In this document: positions 63,374 through 64,000 of the stretch, in pieces
Numbering within the stretch: position 1 is the stretch's first letter
Layout: each line of letters begins with the position of its first letter
NCBI RefSeq assembly: GCF_963921235.1
Contig: NC_086097.1
Location: 100,380,001-100,444,000, forward strand
Direction of reading: 5' to 3'
Source of the DNA: Mobula hypostoma
Lineage: Eukaryota
DNA length: 64,000 nucleotides
The notes under the pieces: model-generated
What the model saw: the letters and a program-made list of their open reading frames with translations, nothing else
What the model was told of the DNA's origin: nothing
The model's database searches: none
Translations under genes and position numbers: made by a program

Positions 63374-64000
63374 GATAATAGTATTAATGGAGACCAAGAC
63401 ATCAAAGGTGGCTAATGCAAGGATATTATAATTTATTGGGGTATCATGATGTCTATATTCTGAAAGCATATATTTGCAACTACCTCACTATTTTTTTCTC
63501 GCTTTCCACTATTTATTCAATTTAACTTTTTAAATATATATATTACTTACTGTAATCCAGTTTTTGTTATCATGTATTGCAATATACTGCAGCCGCATAA
63601 CAACACATTCCAGTGATGTTAAACCTGATTCTGACTCTGAACTAATTGGCTCATTTTTGTTTTACAAGGGCAGCATGTTGAGATGAGGGTGGAGAGAAGT
63701 GGCGATGTGGATGGTGCCAAAGTAAGGAGTGGTCAGAGGGTGGGCCAGTGAGCTCAGACAAGACAGCAAGGTGAAGACAGTGACTGTAACTATAGTGTAG
63801 GCAGCTGACTTACAGATGGGAGAGATGAATGGAGGGATGGAGGGCAGAGAATTGAAAAGGACACAGATCAGGACTTCTCTTAACATCAGTGCAGCAGTTG
63901 AGCAGGTATAGCATCAAGGAGCCCTGGTAAATCTGATGTCAGTGGGCGTCGTAGCGGAAAACTCTCCAGTGGCTGGTGTCAGTTCTGTTGTGATATTTAT

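Overview
Repeat-rich vertebrate genomic DNA. The HE1/V-SINE-like, CR1, Rex1/Babar and Penelope repeat mix points to a cartilaginous fish, probably a ray (inference). One host gene is supported: an 8-exon, two-LIM-domain cysteine-rich protein gene (CRIP2-like) on the minus strand. Its CDS is join(complement 58993-59035, 31251-31345, 29652-29709, 28989-29132, 26054-26122, 25707-25801, 7478-7535, 6064-6128), 627 nt, 208 aa, with all introns GT-AG. It has a CpG/GC-box/CCAAT promoter at ~59.1-59.25 kb and an AATAAA at 5474-5479. Nearly all other ORFs are transposon remnants or minisatellite artefacts. The most notable structures are: (1) a 215-bp Penelope-derived insertion with a 14-bp TSD, an internal inverted repeat and an intact minimal hammerhead-ribozyme core; (2) four intronic sense-strand hammerhead copies, all core-mutated; (3) a 1.48-kb foldback Tc1 element built from two transposase 3' halves; (4) a 2.7-kb minisatellite inside a CR1 ORF2; (5) a clean solo LTR upstream of the promoter. 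I found no firm evidence of a wholly new multi-gene system.
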